64,000 nucleotides of DNA, taken from assembly GCA_021791495.1 (NCBI GenBank), contig JAJYWN010000011.1, forward strand, positions 1,015 through 65,014. Reading direction: 5' to 3'. Under the pieces are notes generated by a model that had not been told where the DNA came from, did no database searches, and saw nothing but the letters and a program-made list of their open reading frames with translations. Below are positions 9,081 through 18,759 of the stretch, piece by piece. This DNA is from Bacillota bacterium (GTDB lineage: Bacteria; Bacillota; Sulfobacillia; JAJYWN01). Numbering within the stretch: the first letter of the stretch is position 1; each line of letters starts with the position of its first letter. The translations under genes and the position numbers were made by a program.

Positions 9081-11232
9081 TTCTCCTCACCTCCGGCCGG
9101 CGGCGCTCCGGGAACGAGAAAACCACCCGCCCATCGTCGGACAGGACCAGGCGGGCGGAGAATGGCCTGTTGTTCTTCGACCGGAAACCACGCAGCACCG
9201 ACGTCTGTCTCTTCTCGATCAGCGCCTGCACATCGTTGGGCGAGATGCGGCGCCCCGCGATTACCTTGCCCACCAGAAAGGCGCATCCCTCGCCGCGACG
9301 CGTGCAGTAATAGAACCGCGGCCCCTCCGTGACACGGCTGCCGCACAAGGGGCACGGCGGCAACACGGCGGCCATGGCGGCCTCTTCAGTGTCGCCGGAC
9401 ATCTCTCGTATGGCGTCGGTGAGGGTCCGCGTGAATTCGGCCGTCTCGGCCATGAAGGCCTGCCGAGCCATTTTCCCGGCTTCGATCTCCCGCAGCTTGC
9501 GTTCCCATTGCCCCGTTAACGACGGGGAGGTCAGGACGGGGACGGGGATGCGTTCGATCAGGAAGATACCCTTTTCGGTCGGCACCAGGGAACGCCTTTC
9601 CCTCACGATGTAGGACAGGTCCAGCAGGCGCTCGATGATGGCGGCCCGGGTGGCCGGAGTGCCGATACCTTCGCCCTTCATCATTTCGCGCAGCTCTTCG
9701 TCGTCGATGAGCTTCCCGGCCGTTTCCATGGCCTGCAGGAGGCTGGCCTCGGTGAAGCGTGCGGGCGGCTTGGTCTGTCCGTGCTCCACTTTCGCGTCGA
9801 GGGTCCGGGCCGGGTCTCCCTCTTTCAACTCCGGAAGCACGGGCAGGTCGGCGTCGAAAGTCGGTTTCTCAATGACATGCCACCCCGGGTCCACCACTTG
9901 GCGGCCCTGGCTGAAGAAAGGTTCGCTCTCGACCACGGTGGTCACCGAGGTCAGGTCGTCCACGGCGGCCGGGAAGAAGGCGGCGATGAAACGGCGGCAG
10001 ACGGCCTCGTACACCTGGCGCTTGTCGTCGCTCCACTGGTTGGGGTCCACTTCTTTCGGGGTGGGCACCAGGGCATGGTGGTCGGACACCTTTTTGGCGT
10101 CGACGAAGCGGCCCGAGATGGGTAGTTTGGGCTTGGCCAGGACGGTCTCGACGTGATTGCCCAGACCGGTGGCCGTTCCGGCGGCCCGCAGCATGGACGG
10201 GAAGCGCGGGATCAGGTCCGGCGGCAGGTGGCGGCTGTCGGTGCGTGGGTAGGTCAGGGCCTTGTCGCGCTCGTAGAGTTCCTGGGCCAGAGAGAGCGTC
10301 TTCGCGGCGGAGAACCCCCGGCGGCGGTTCATCTCGCGCTGGAGTTCGTTCAGATCGTAGAGCAGCGGCGGTGGGAAATGCCGGCGTTTGGTCTCGACTT
10401 CCGCCACCGTACCGTGGCGGCCGGCCACCCGCTGGGCGATGCTCTTGGCTTCTTCCTCGCTCCAGAGGCGTTGCCGGTCTTCGGCGCTGCCGGTGCGGTT
10501 GCCCTTGGCGTCCCTGCTGCCGCCGTCCCAGATTCCGCGCCACTCCCCCGCCTCGCCCCGGAAAGTGGCGAACACCTGCCAGAAATCGCGCGGCTGAAAG
10601 GCGCGGATTTCCTTTTCCCGCTGGACGATCATGGCCAGCGTCGGAGTCTGGACTCGGCCCACGGCCAGGAGGAGTCCCGCTTTCTTCGTCAGCCCGCGCG
10701 AGCCGTTAATGCCCACCAGCCAGTCGGCTTCGTTCCGGCAGCGGGCGGCGGCGAAGAGATTATCGTACTCGGCGGCGGGCCGAAGCGAGGCAAACCCTTC
10801 GCTGATGGCTTCTTCGGTGAGGGACGAGACCCACAGGCGCTCCACCGGCTTGGCGCATCCCGCCGTTTCATAGATGTAGCGGAAGATAAGCTCTCCTTCG
10901 CGGCCGGCGTCGCAGGCGTTGATGACCTTGACCACGTCGGGACGCTCCAGGAGAGAGACAAGGACATCGAACTGTGGCTTGGTCTTCGGTATGGGACGTA
11001 GACGGAACTCCGGCGGCAGGATGGGCAGGGTCTCCATGCTCCATCGCTTCCAGCGGGGCTCGTAGTCCTCGGGCTCAGCCAGCTCCAGGAGATGGCCCAC
11101 GGCCCACGACACGATCATCTCCGGTGACTCCAGGCAGCCGTCGCCCTTACTGAAACGCCCCATGGCCCGGGCGATATCCCGGGCCACGGAGGGTTTCTCA
11201 GCTATTACCAGGATACGCCCTTGGGGGGCCAT
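8947..11232 (-). CDS. topB: DNA topoisomerase III
   Basis: AEKPSVA TOPRIM motif, DAGREGELI, GRVQTPTL, TYPRTDS catalytic Tyr, GTPATRA; C-terminal zinc ribbon. Confidence 0.95.
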   Translation of the reverse strand: MAPQGRILVIAEKPSVARDIARAMGRFSKGDGCLESPEMIVSWAVGHLLELAEPEDYEPRWKRWSMETLPILPPEFRLRPIPKTKPQFDVLVSLLERPDVVKVINACDAGREGELIFRYIYETAGCAKPVERLWVSSLTEEAISEGFASLRPAAEYDNLFAAARCRNEADWLVGINGSRGLTKKAGLLLAVGRVQTPTLAMIVQREKEIRAFQPRDFWQVFATFRGEAGEWRGIWDGGSRDAKGNRTGSAEDRQRLWSEEEAKSIAQRVAGRHGTVAEVETKRRHFPPPLLYDLNELQREMNRRRGFSAAKTLSLAQELYERDKALTYPRTDSRHLPPDLIPRFPSMLRAAGTATGLGNHVETVLAKPKLPISGRFVDAKKVSDHHALVPTPKEVDPNQWSDDKRQVYEAVCRRFIAAFFPAAVDDLTSVTTVVESEPFFSQGRQVVDPGWHVIEKPTFDADLPVLPELKEGDPARTLDAKVEHGQTKPPARFTEASLLQAMETAGKLIDDEELREMMKGEGIGTPATRAAIIERLLDLSYIVRERRSLVPTEKGIFLIERIPVPVLTSPSLTGQWERKLREIEAGKMARQAFMAETAEFTRTLTDAIREMSGDTEEAAMAAVLPPCPLCGSRVTEGPRFYYCTRRGEGCAFLVGKVIAGRRISPNDVQALIEKRQTSVLRGFRSKNNRPFSARLVLSDDGRVVFSFPERRRPEVRRNATKESAAGYDGAGAPGSKPAAKPAARSAGPKKGRTSRSGTQDS

Positions 11233-11235
11233 TCC

Positions 11236-13581
11236 CTATTCGCCCTTGTCTTCGTCTTTTTTCTCTTCAGTCTGTGCCGGTTCGTTCTCCCCTTCGGCCT
11301 GGGGCTTCTCCCCGGCGGCCTCGGCGGTCTTGGCTTCCTTCGCTTCCTTGGCCTCTTTCGCCTCCGCCTTATGGCGGCCGTTCTGCTTCTCGGCCTCCAC
11401 GGCGGCTTTCTTCGATTCGGCCAGGATGGAACCGAAAACGTCTCCCAAGGTGACGCGGGACTCTTCGGTCTCGGTCGCCGCCATCACGGGCTCCTTCTCG
11501 CGCGGTTCACGACGGCGCCGGCCACCGCCGGCCGCCGGTGCGGGCCGTTCTTCGCGCGGTGTTTCGCTGGCCTCGCGGATCGACAGGCTGATGCGGTGGT
11601 CTTTCGAGTTCACGGAGAGGACCCGCGCCTTCACTGTCTCTCCCACGGTGACCACATCGGCCGGCTTCTCCACCCTCCGGTCGGCCAACTGCGAGATATG
11701 GACCAAGCCGTCGATTCCCGGCTCCAACTCCACGAAAGCTCCGAAGGGGGCCAGGCGGACCACTTTTCCCTCGACCACGGTGCCTTCACGGTAACTCTCG
11801 GCGGCCTTGGACCACGGGTCCGGCTGGATCTGCTTGTAACCAAGGGAGATGCGGTCTTTTTCCTTATCAAGGCGCAGGACGATGACGTCAATCTCCTGGC
11901 CTTCCTTCAGGACCTCCGACGGGTGATTCACTCTGCCCCAGGACAGCTCGGAGACATGAAGGAGCCCGTCCACGCCGCCCAGGTCGACGAAGGCGCCGAA
12001 ATCAGTGAGGCGCTTGACCACGCCGTGGCGGACTTGGTTTTCGGCCAGTTCGGCCCAGGTGCTATCCCGCTTGGACTTGGCCTCTTCCTCCAGGGCAATC
12101 TTCCTGGAAAGGATCACCTGGTTCTTCGCCCGGTCCAGCTCGATGATCTTGACCCGAACTTCCTGGCCCACGAACTTGGCCAAGTCTTTCACAAAACCGC
12201 GATCCACGTGAGAGGCTGGGAGGAAACCGCGAAGGCCCACGTTCACGATGAGCCCGCCCTTGACCTCGCTGACCACAGGAGCGGTCAGAACTTCGCCCTT
12301 CTCGAAGGACTCCTTGACGCGCTTCCAACCCACTTCCTCGTCGGCGCGCCTCTTAGATAGGATGAGGTTGCCTTCCTGGGTATCGATGCGCTTCACATAG
12401 ACGTCTATCTCATCGCCGACCTGGACCAGTTGCCTCAGGTCCGCGCTGTCGCGACCGAAATCCGACGCCGGGATGACGCCCTCGGACTTATATCCCACAT
12501 CGACGAGGACTTGGTTGTCGTCCACCGACACGACCTTGCCGCGCACAATCTCGCCGGGCTTCAGGTCTTTCATGGCCGAGGCCATGTCCTCTTCTTCCCC
12601 TGTCGCCTGGCTTTCCTGCGGTTCCGCGTCAGCGGGGGCCGCTTCCTGTGCCGCAGGCGCTTTCTCCTGCTCTTGCTCTGTGGTGCTTTCGGGCTGCTGG
12701 TCTTTCTCTTCCTTTTCGTCGATGGCCGACATCTTCACTCGAACCTCCTCGATACTGCTGGCGGGCGTTGACGCGCCCGCCAGAAGGCCAACCCGGGCCT
12801 TTCCGGTAAACCAAGCTGGATCCAATTCGGTTGTGTTTTCTATGTGATAAGTAGGAATACCTTCTTCCCTGGCGATGGATGCCAATTGGCGGGTGTTCGC
12901 GCTGTTTTTTCCGCCCAGGACTAGAATGACGTCGCATCTCCTAGCCAATTCGCGTGCTTCTTGCTGGCGCTGGGAGGTCACGGCGCAAAGGGTGTTCACC
13001 TGCTCTACCTTGGCTCCGCCCTGGGCGAGGACCCGAGCCACCTCGCGGACGGTCTCTGGTCTCTGGGTCGTTTGGGCCACCAAAGTGACGGGCCCCGATA
13101 GCCCCAGATCCTTCGCCTCACCCGCATTCCGGACCACGAAGACACAGCCGCGGGAGGCCGACGCCACCTCCGACGCGTGTCCCAGCACCCCTTTGATCTC
13201 GGTGTGCCCGGGGTCCCCCACGATGACCGTGTCCCGGCCCTGGGCCACGCTCTCACTGGATTTCTCCTGTAGCCGCCGCACCAATGGGCATGTGGCGTCG
13301 ACGATTTCGTAACCCAGCGCGGCGGCGCGGCGGTAGACCTCGGGAGTGGCGCCGTGCGAAGGGATGACGAGGATGGCTCCGGGAGACGGCGGCAACTGGT
13401 CGAGGTCCGTGACGGTGCGGGCTCCCGAAGCGGCCAGCTCCCGTTCGACCTCCGGGTTATGGACCAGGGGGCCAAAGACAAAGACCGGCCCTCCCCGGCC
13501 CAGTGTCTGACGGGCCTTTTCCACCGCGTCCCGCACACCCGTACAGAAGCCCGCGTGGCGGGCGACTTCCACGTCAATCAT
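11236..13581 (-). CDS. ispH: Bifunctional IspH (HMBPP reductase) / 30S ribosomal protein S1 fusion
   Basis: AGFCTGV, DATCPLV, AQTT, TLC, SANT and GASTP IspH motifs followed in frame by four S1 repeats. Confidence 0.93.
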   Translation of the reverse strand: MIDVEVARHAGFCTGVRDAVEKARQTLGRGGPVFVFGPLVHNPEVERELAASGARTVTDLDQLPPSPGAILVIPSHGATPEVYRRAAALGYEIVDATCPLVRRLQEKSSESVAQGRDTVIVGDPGHTEIKGVLGHASEVASASRGCVFVVRNAGEAKDLGLSGPVTLVAQTTQRPETVREVARVLAQGGAKVEQVNTLCAVTSQRQQEARELARRCDVILVLGGKNSANTRQLASIAREEGIPTYHIENTTELDPAWFTGKARVGLLAGASTPASSIEEVRVKMSAIDEKEEKDQQPESTTEQEQEKAPAAQEAAPADAEPQESQATGEEEDMASAMKDLKPGEIVRGKVVSVDDNQVLVDVGYKSEGVIPASDFGRDSADLRQLVQVGDEIDVYVKRIDTQEGNLILSKRRADEEVGWKRVKESFEKGEVLTAPVVSEVKGGLIVNVGLRGFLPASHVDRGFVKDLAKFVGQEVRVKIIELDRAKNQVILSRKIALEEEAKSKRDSTWAELAENQVRHGVVKRLTDFGAFVDLGGVDGLLHVSELSWGRVNHPSEVLKEGQEIDVIVLRLDKEKDRISLGYKQIQPDPWSKAAESYREGTVVEGKVVRLAPFGAFVELEPGIDGLVHISQLADRRVEKPADVVTVGETVKARVLSVNSKDHRISLSIREASETPREERPAPAAGGGRRRREPREKEPVMAATETEESRVTLGDVFGSILAESKKAAVEAEKQNGRHKAEAKEAKEAKEAKTAEAAGEKPQAEGENEPAQTEEKKDEDKGE

Positions 13582-14239
13582 GCGGTCCCTCATCCTCAGC
13601 AGCGGTAGTAGCGGTAGCGGCAGTAGCGGCGGCCGCCGCCGGCGCCGGTCTCGACCAACGGCCTTCTGATAAGTCGATGATGCGGTCCATGATGGACTCA
13701 GACAGCCGGGCCAACTCCTCGTTACGGGCTTTTCCTCCCTCGACCGAGAGGTAGACGGGCTCTCCGAAATTCACCTGGATGCGACCCCGAAAGCGGTACT
13801 GCCCGATGATGGCCACCGGCACTACCGGGGACCCGGTCTTGACGGCCACCAGGGCCGCGCCGGGCTCAGCCTTACCTATATAGCCGGTCCGGGTCCGGGT
13901 CCCTTCGGGGAACATGCCAATGGCGTGGCCTTTTTCCAGAAGATCGTAGGTGCGCCGCAAGGCGGTGCGGTCGGGCAGCCCTCGCCGCACGGGGTAGGCG
14001 CCGATCCGCTTCAGGATGGGGCCGAAAACAGGGATCGCAAAAAGCTCCGCTTTCGCCATAAAATAAACGGGCCGCCGGACCATGATGGCAATGGTGACCG
14101 GATCCCACCAGGAGAAGTGGTTGCCGCAGACGACCACGGGCCCGCGGGCGGGGACACGCTCCCGGTGGCTGGAGTCGACTCTGAACCAGAGTGTGTAAAA
14201 GACGCGGAACATCTCGCGGATGAGGACATATAGAAACAT
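13574..14239 (-). CDS. plsC: 1-acyl-sn-glycerol-3-phosphate acyltransferase
   Basis: NHxSxxD, FMAKAEL and FPEGTR motifs. Confidence 0.92.
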   Translation of the reverse strand: MFLYVLIREMFRVFYTLWFRVDSSHRERVPARGPVVVCGNHFSWWDPVTIAIMVRRPVYFMAKAELFAIPVFGPILKRIGAYPVRRGLPDRTALRRTYDLLEKGHAIGMFPEGTRTRTGYIGKAEPGAALVAVKTGSPVVPVAIIGQYRFRGRIQVNFGEPVYLSVEGGKARNEELARLSESIMDRIIDLSEGRWSRPAPAAAAATAATATTAAEDEGPHD

Positions 14240-14241
14240 GC

Positions 14242-15015
14242 TTAGAGTCCCTCCTTCCGCTCCGGTGTGGCCGGATAGCCCGCGGTCTCCGGCGTGCCGG
14301 CCCGCGGGGCTTCCGCACGCTCCAGCCGCCCGGCGGCCTGGCGACAGAGCTTCATGACCTCCGCCGCGACTTCTTCGATGGTCATGCCCGTGGAGTCAAG
14401 CAGAACGGCGTCGTCCGCCTGCCGCAGGGGGTCCATCTGGCGGCTGGTGTCGATACGATCTCGTTCGGCCAGTTCATTCCTGACCTCGTCGAAAGTAACG
14501 CCGAAACCCCGGCCCAACTGCTCTTTCAAGCGGCGGCGCGCCCGTTCGTCCAGGGAAGCCGTGAGGAAAACCTTGACTTCGGCCTCGGGAAGCACGGCCG
14601 TGCCGATGTCGCGTCCATCCAGGACCGCGCCGCCCTGGCCGGCGATCTCCCGTTGGCGGCGCACCAGGGCGCGGCGCACGCCGGGGATTGCCGCCGTGAG
14701 GGAAACGTGGCGGCCCACCTCCGGACTGCGAATCTGGTCGGTCACGGGCTCGCCGTCCACCATCACGGTGGGGCCGCTGCTATTGGGGCCGGCCGGAGCG
14801 AGGTCGATGCGCAGGTTCTCCGCAAGGGTGGCGATGGAGGAGCCGTCTCCGTCAAAGGAGAGACCGCGACGCAAGGCGGCGAGAGTCACGGCGCGATACA
14901 TGGCGCCGGTGTCAAGGTAAAGGTAGCCCAGCTCCCGGGCCACTATTTTCGCGATGGTGCTTTTTCCGGCCCCCGACGGTCCGTCGATGGCCACCCGCAA
15001 ACGGCGACTCGACAC
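14242..15015 (-). CDS. cmk: Cytidylate kinase
   Basis: AIDGPSGAGKST, LDTGAMYRA, DGRDIGT, FLTAS. Confidence 0.96.
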   Translation of the reverse strand: MSSRRLRVAIDGPSGAGKSTIAKIVARELGYLYLDTGAMYRAVTLAALRRGLSFDGDGSSIATLAENLRIDLAPAGPNSSGPTVMVDGEPVTDQIRSPEVGRHVSLTAAIPGVRRALVRRQREIAGQGGAVLDGRDIGTAVLPEAEVKVFLTASLDERARRRLKEQLGRGFGVTFDEVRNELAERDRIDTSRQMDPLRQADDAVLLDSTGMTIEEVAAEVMKLCRQAAGRLERAEAPRAGTPETAGYPATPERKEGL

Positions 15016-15174
15016 AGATAGAAGCCTTTCCCGCGCAACCTTCCCGCATGTTCGGCGGTCGAATAACCGGGGATTTCGACGGCGCGCGCGGTTTTCCTTG
15101 CAGCACCGGCGGCGCCCCTCCGGATTATGCCCACAGTTCCCAGAGCAGAGAACTCCAGAAGGACGCGGCGCCTG

Positions 15175-15726
15175 TTAAGGTCCTGACGGCACCGGAAGCT
15201 CTGCTGGCGGCAGCACTCGTCCGAGGCGGGCAATTGTCCCCTGGGCCGTCAAAGACTGTCCTACGGTGGGATAGGACACACCGCGCGATTCCGCGACTTT
15301 CACGGTCACGGCGCCCCGGTACTTGCCCGGATCTATCTCCACGAGGTCGCCGGGCCTGACAGCGACGGCGGCTGACGCCGTCACGAAGGTGGCCGCTGGA
15401 TCCCCGTTTACCAACACTGTCACCCATGGCGCTGTCTTGTGGCCCACCAAGGTCAGGGTGAGGGAAGCCACGGGAGCGGTGCCAGGGAGGTGTTCCGTCG
15501 CCACGGCCGGGGAGACCGACGGAACGGCCGGAGGGGTGCCGCCGAGAGAAGGCACGCTATAGGTGGCCAGGGACACCCCTTCGAGGTGATCAACGAAAGA
15601 CAGCCAGCGGCGCAGGTCCGGACGGGCCAGGGCGGCCTGGGCCAGGAACACGAGGAGGGCCAGGCCGATCACCAGGCGGACCAGCACCCGCTCCAAACGG
15701 TCACCGAAGGAAAGGAAACGGCGCAA
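15175..15726 (-). CDS. Hypothetical membrane-anchored protein
   Basis: N-terminal TM helix (LVRLVIGLALLVFLAQ) and beta-rich C-terminus; TTG start after a G-rich RBS; start uncertain. Confidence 0.6.
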   Translation of the reverse strand: MRRFLSFGDRLERVLVRLVIGLALLVFLAQAALARPDLRRWLSFVDHLEGVSLATYSVPSLGGTPPAVPSVSPAVATEHLPGTAPVASLTLTLVGHKTAPWVTVLVNGDPAATFVTASAAVAVRPGDLVEIDPGKYRGAVTVKVAESRGVSYPTVGQSLTAQGTIARLGRVLPPAELPVPSGP

Positions 15727-17074
15727 CCCCCCACCCCTCACGGGTTCCTTCTCCCACTGAGGTATGCCCCAGGCCAGGTGCTTTATGCGCCTGGGAAAGG
15801 GCCTTCCGGGCGGCAACCCGTCCGGCCAGATGGCCCGTGGAGAAAGCGGCCTGCAGGTTATAGCCGCCCGTAAAACCGTCCACATCCAACACTTCGCCGG
15901 CGAAAAAGAGCCCGGGACAGAGCCTCGATTCCATGGTCCGCGGGTCCACCTGGCCCACATCCACCCCGCCGGTGGTGACCACCGCTTCCTCCCAGGACCG
16001 TGTGGCCGTGACCGTCAGGCGCATTCCCTTCAGGAGCCGCGCCAGGCGCTCCCGCTCAGAGCGGGTTATCTGGTGCACGGGTTTCTCGGGTGGAATATGG
16101 GAGAGGCCGATGATGACCGGGATTAGACTGCGGGGCAATAAGCCTCCCAGGGCGTTCTTATACTGGCGGCGCGTCTCGGCTCCGAAGTCCCTCAGGAGCC
16201 GCGCGTCCAGCTGCTCCAGCGAGAGCGCCGGTTTCAGGTCTATCGAAAGCACGGCGGGCAGCGGAATCCGGCCCGTGGCGAGCGCCCGTGAAAGGGAGAG
16301 CACCGTGGGGCCGGACACGCCGAAGTGGGTAAAGAGAAGGTCCCCGAAGAGAGAGACGCCGAGACCGGTCTTGGCGGCCTTTCCGGCACCATCGCCCGCG
16401 ACTAAGGTCACTTGAACATTCTCCAAGGTCAGGCCGGCCAGTGCCGCCACAAACTCCTCCGCGCAGATCATGGGCACCAGGGACGGTCGCGGCTCCACGA
16501 TGCGATGCCCAACCCCCGCGGCCAGGCGATACCCATCTCCGGTCGAACCGGTGGCCGGATAAGACGCCCCTCCCGTGGCCAAGACGACTGCGTGGCCTTG
16601 AAACCGTTCGCCGCCGGCGGTGACGACCACCCACGTTCCCCCATCACTTGCCGGAGGCAGAAGTCCCGCCACCGGCGCCACCGTCCGCACCTTGACCCCG
16701 GCGGCCGCCACCGCCCCCTTCAAGGCGCGCACAACATCCAGGGCCCGGTTCGAGACCGGAAACATCCGCCGGCCACGTTCCACCACCGTGGGCACACCCA
16801 GCTTGTCCAAAAAGGACACAAGGTCAGGGGGGCCAAAGTTGGCGAAGGCACTGTACAGGAAACGGCCGTTGCCGGGGATACCTTGCACCAGGCCTTCCAC
16901 GTCCGTCCAATTGGTCAGGTTGCAGCGCCCTTTTCCGCTGATCCCCAGCTTCAGTCCGAGGCGGTCTTTCTTCTCCAAGAGGACCGTGCGGGCGCCACCG
17001 GCCGCGGCCTGGACCGCCGCCATCATCCCGGCGGGGCCGCCACCGACCACCACCACACCGGACACCGGTTCCAT
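15701..17074 (-). CDS. HI0933/BaiN-family NAD(P)/FAD-dependent oxidoreductase
   Basis: GGGPAGMMAA, KLGISGKGRCNLTN, GSTGDG, FTHFGVSGP and TGGYNLQ motifs. Confidence 0.93.
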   Translation of the reverse strand: MEPVSGVVVVGGGPAGMMAAVQAAAGGARTVLLEKKDRLGLKLGISGKGRCNLTNWTDVEGLVQGIPGNGRFLYSAFANFGPPDLVSFLDKLGVPTVVERGRRMFPVSNRALDVVRALKGAVAAAGVKVRTVAPVAGLLPPASDGGTWVVVTAGGERFQGHAVVLATGGASYPATGSTGDGYRLAAGVGHRIVEPRPSLVPMICAEEFVAALAGLTLENVQVTLVAGDGAGKAAKTGLGVSLFGDLLFTHFGVSGPTVLSLSRALATGRIPLPAVLSIDLKPALSLEQLDARLLRDFGAETRRQYKNALGGLLPRSLIPVIIGLSHIPPEKPVHQITRSERERLARLLKGMRLTVTATRSWEEAVVTTGGVDVGQVDPRTMESRLCPGLFFAGEVLDVDGFTGGYNLQAAFSTGHLAGRVAARKALSQAHKAPGLGHTSVGEGTREGWGVAPFPFLR

Positions 17075-17079
17075 GGAGC

Positions 17080-18492
17080 CTAACGCGCCTCTCCCTCTCC
17101 TGCTACCAGGAGACGGCCCACCTTATCGACGTCGCCGGCCCCCGCCGTCAGGACCATGTCCCCGGGTGCGACTTTCGAGCGGAGGTAGGCGGCGGCTTCC
17201 TGGTGGCTGGGCATGTGGACCGCGGCCGAACCCAGGTCACGAATGTCGGCGACCAAGTCGGCCGCCTTGACCAAACCGGTGTCTTTCTCCCGGGCCGCGT
17301 AGATGTCCAGGAGCACCGCTTCATCGGCCAGGGCCAGGGCCTTCACGAACTCGTGGCGCGAGTGGAAGGTCCGGCTGAACAGGTGGGGCTGGAAGACCAC
17401 ATACAGCCGCCTGGGTTCGAACCGCCTGGCCGTCTCAATGGTGTAGCGGAGGGCCGTTGGATGGTGGGCGTAGTCGTCGATGACGGTCACCCCGCCCACC
17501 TGACCCAACTGCTCGAATCGCCGGTGTACCCCCTTGAAATCGCGTAAGGAACGGGCGATGTCCTTGACGTCCACTCCCAGCCAGAAACAGGCTGCCGTCG
17601 CCGCCAGGGCATTCTGCACATTGTGGACGCCGGGGGTGCCCAGCTCCATGGGGACCAGGCGCCGGTCCCCGCGCACCAAGTCAAACACCGGGTAGGCCGT
17701 CCCGGGGCGGAACCCGACGGCCGCGGCACGCCAGGTATTGTCCGGGGATAGGCCAAAGGTCTCCACCGGCACCTTGGCGGTTTCGGCCACCCGCCGGGCG
17801 TACTGGTTATCGCCGCTGGTGATGAGCACGCCCCCGGTTTTGATGCGGTCGGCGAAATCACGAAATCCCTGGACCACACCCTCGATGCTCTTAAAGAAAT
17901 CCAGGTGGTCGTCGTCGATGTTCAGGATGAGGCCGACTTCGGGACGGAGGGACAAGAAAGAGTTCTCGAACTCGCAGGCCTCGGTGACCATGTACCGGGT
18001 GGTCCCGATACGGGCGTTGCCGCCCAGGGCCGGCACGTCGCCGCCCACTAAGATGGTGGGATCCAGCCCCGCATCCTTCAGAATGACGCCGATCATGGCG
18101 GTAGTGGTGGTCTTGCCGTGGGTGCCGGCGATAGCCACTCCGTGGTCAGCGCGGGCCAAAACGCGGCCCAGGAGTTCGGCCCGGGACAAGACCGGCAGGC
18201 GCCGCTCGGCCGCGCGCACGGTCTCGGGATGCAGGTCTTTCTTCACCGCGGCGGTGTAGACCACCAGATCGCAGTCGTCCACGTGATCCGCGCTGTGGTC
18301 TTTGACGAAGGAGAGCCCCTTTTCCCGCAGCCGGGCGATGACCGGAGAGTACCTGATGTCGCAGCCGGTCACCTGATGGCCCGCGGCTAAGAGCACTTCC
18401 GCCAAGCCGCTCATACCGGCACCGCCGACCCCGACGAAATGAACTCTTTTCATGTCTCCGTCCAGCGGGGATTCGAGTTTCTCCGGGACCAT
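17080..18492 (-). CDS. murC: UDP-N-acetylmuramate--L-alanine ligase
   Basis: HFVGVGGAGMSGLA, GTHGKTTTT, DDYAHHPT, FQPH, GAGD. Confidence 0.95.
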   Translation of the reverse strand: MVPEKLESPLDGDMKRVHFVGVGGAGMSGLAEVLLAAGHQVTGCDIRYSPVIARLREKGLSFVKDHSADHVDDCDLVVYTAAVKKDLHPETVRAAERRLPVLSRAELLGRVLARADHGVAIAGTHGKTTTTAMIGVILKDAGLDPTILVGGDVPALGGNARIGTTRYMVTEACEFENSFLSLRPEVGLILNIDDDHLDFFKSIEGVVQGFRDFADRIKTGGVLITSGDNQYARRVAETAKVPVETFGLSPDNTWRAAAVGFRPGTAYPVFDLVRGDRRLVPMELGTPGVHNVQNALAATAACFWLGVDVKDIARSLRDFKGVHRRFEQLGQVGGVTVIDDYAHHPTALRYTIETARRFEPRRLYVVFQPHLFSRTFHSRHEFVKALALADEAVLLDIYAAREKDTGLVKAADLVADIRDLGSAAVHMPSHQEAAAYLRSKVAPGDMVLTAGAGDVDKVGRLLVAGEGEAR

Positions 18493-18729
18493 GGGGCACC
18501 TCCGGCCGACGCCCAGGGGGCGAGCGGCAGTCGCATTTTATGCGCCCAAAGAGGGCTGCGTCACTGCCGCCACAACATACTCCCTGCCCGAGCCGCCTAT
18601 TCTGGAATAGACGTTTACATAACTATGCACCGGAAGGGTCGGCCCCCCGATGGGCGCCTCCGTTCGAAATCCTCCGTTCACAGATCGCGCGGCCACCGTG
18701 ACGCGATTTCCGGCACAGCTAGTACGTGC

Positions 18730-18754
18730 ATTCTAACTCTAGGACTATTTTCCT
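18730..18754 (-). promoter_or_regulatory. Putative sigma-H-like promoter upstream of murC
   Basis: AGGAAAA-N14-GAAT matches sigma-H consensus and spacing; similar elements at 15073-15098 and 33239-33263. Confidence 0.4.
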
Positions 18755-18759
18755 CTAAG

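Noticed and set aside
13600-13645. Short tandem repeats encoding Ala-rich tails (also at 24020-24056, 39130-39170 and 11330-11365)
   Set aside because: Ordinary low-complexity protein termini.
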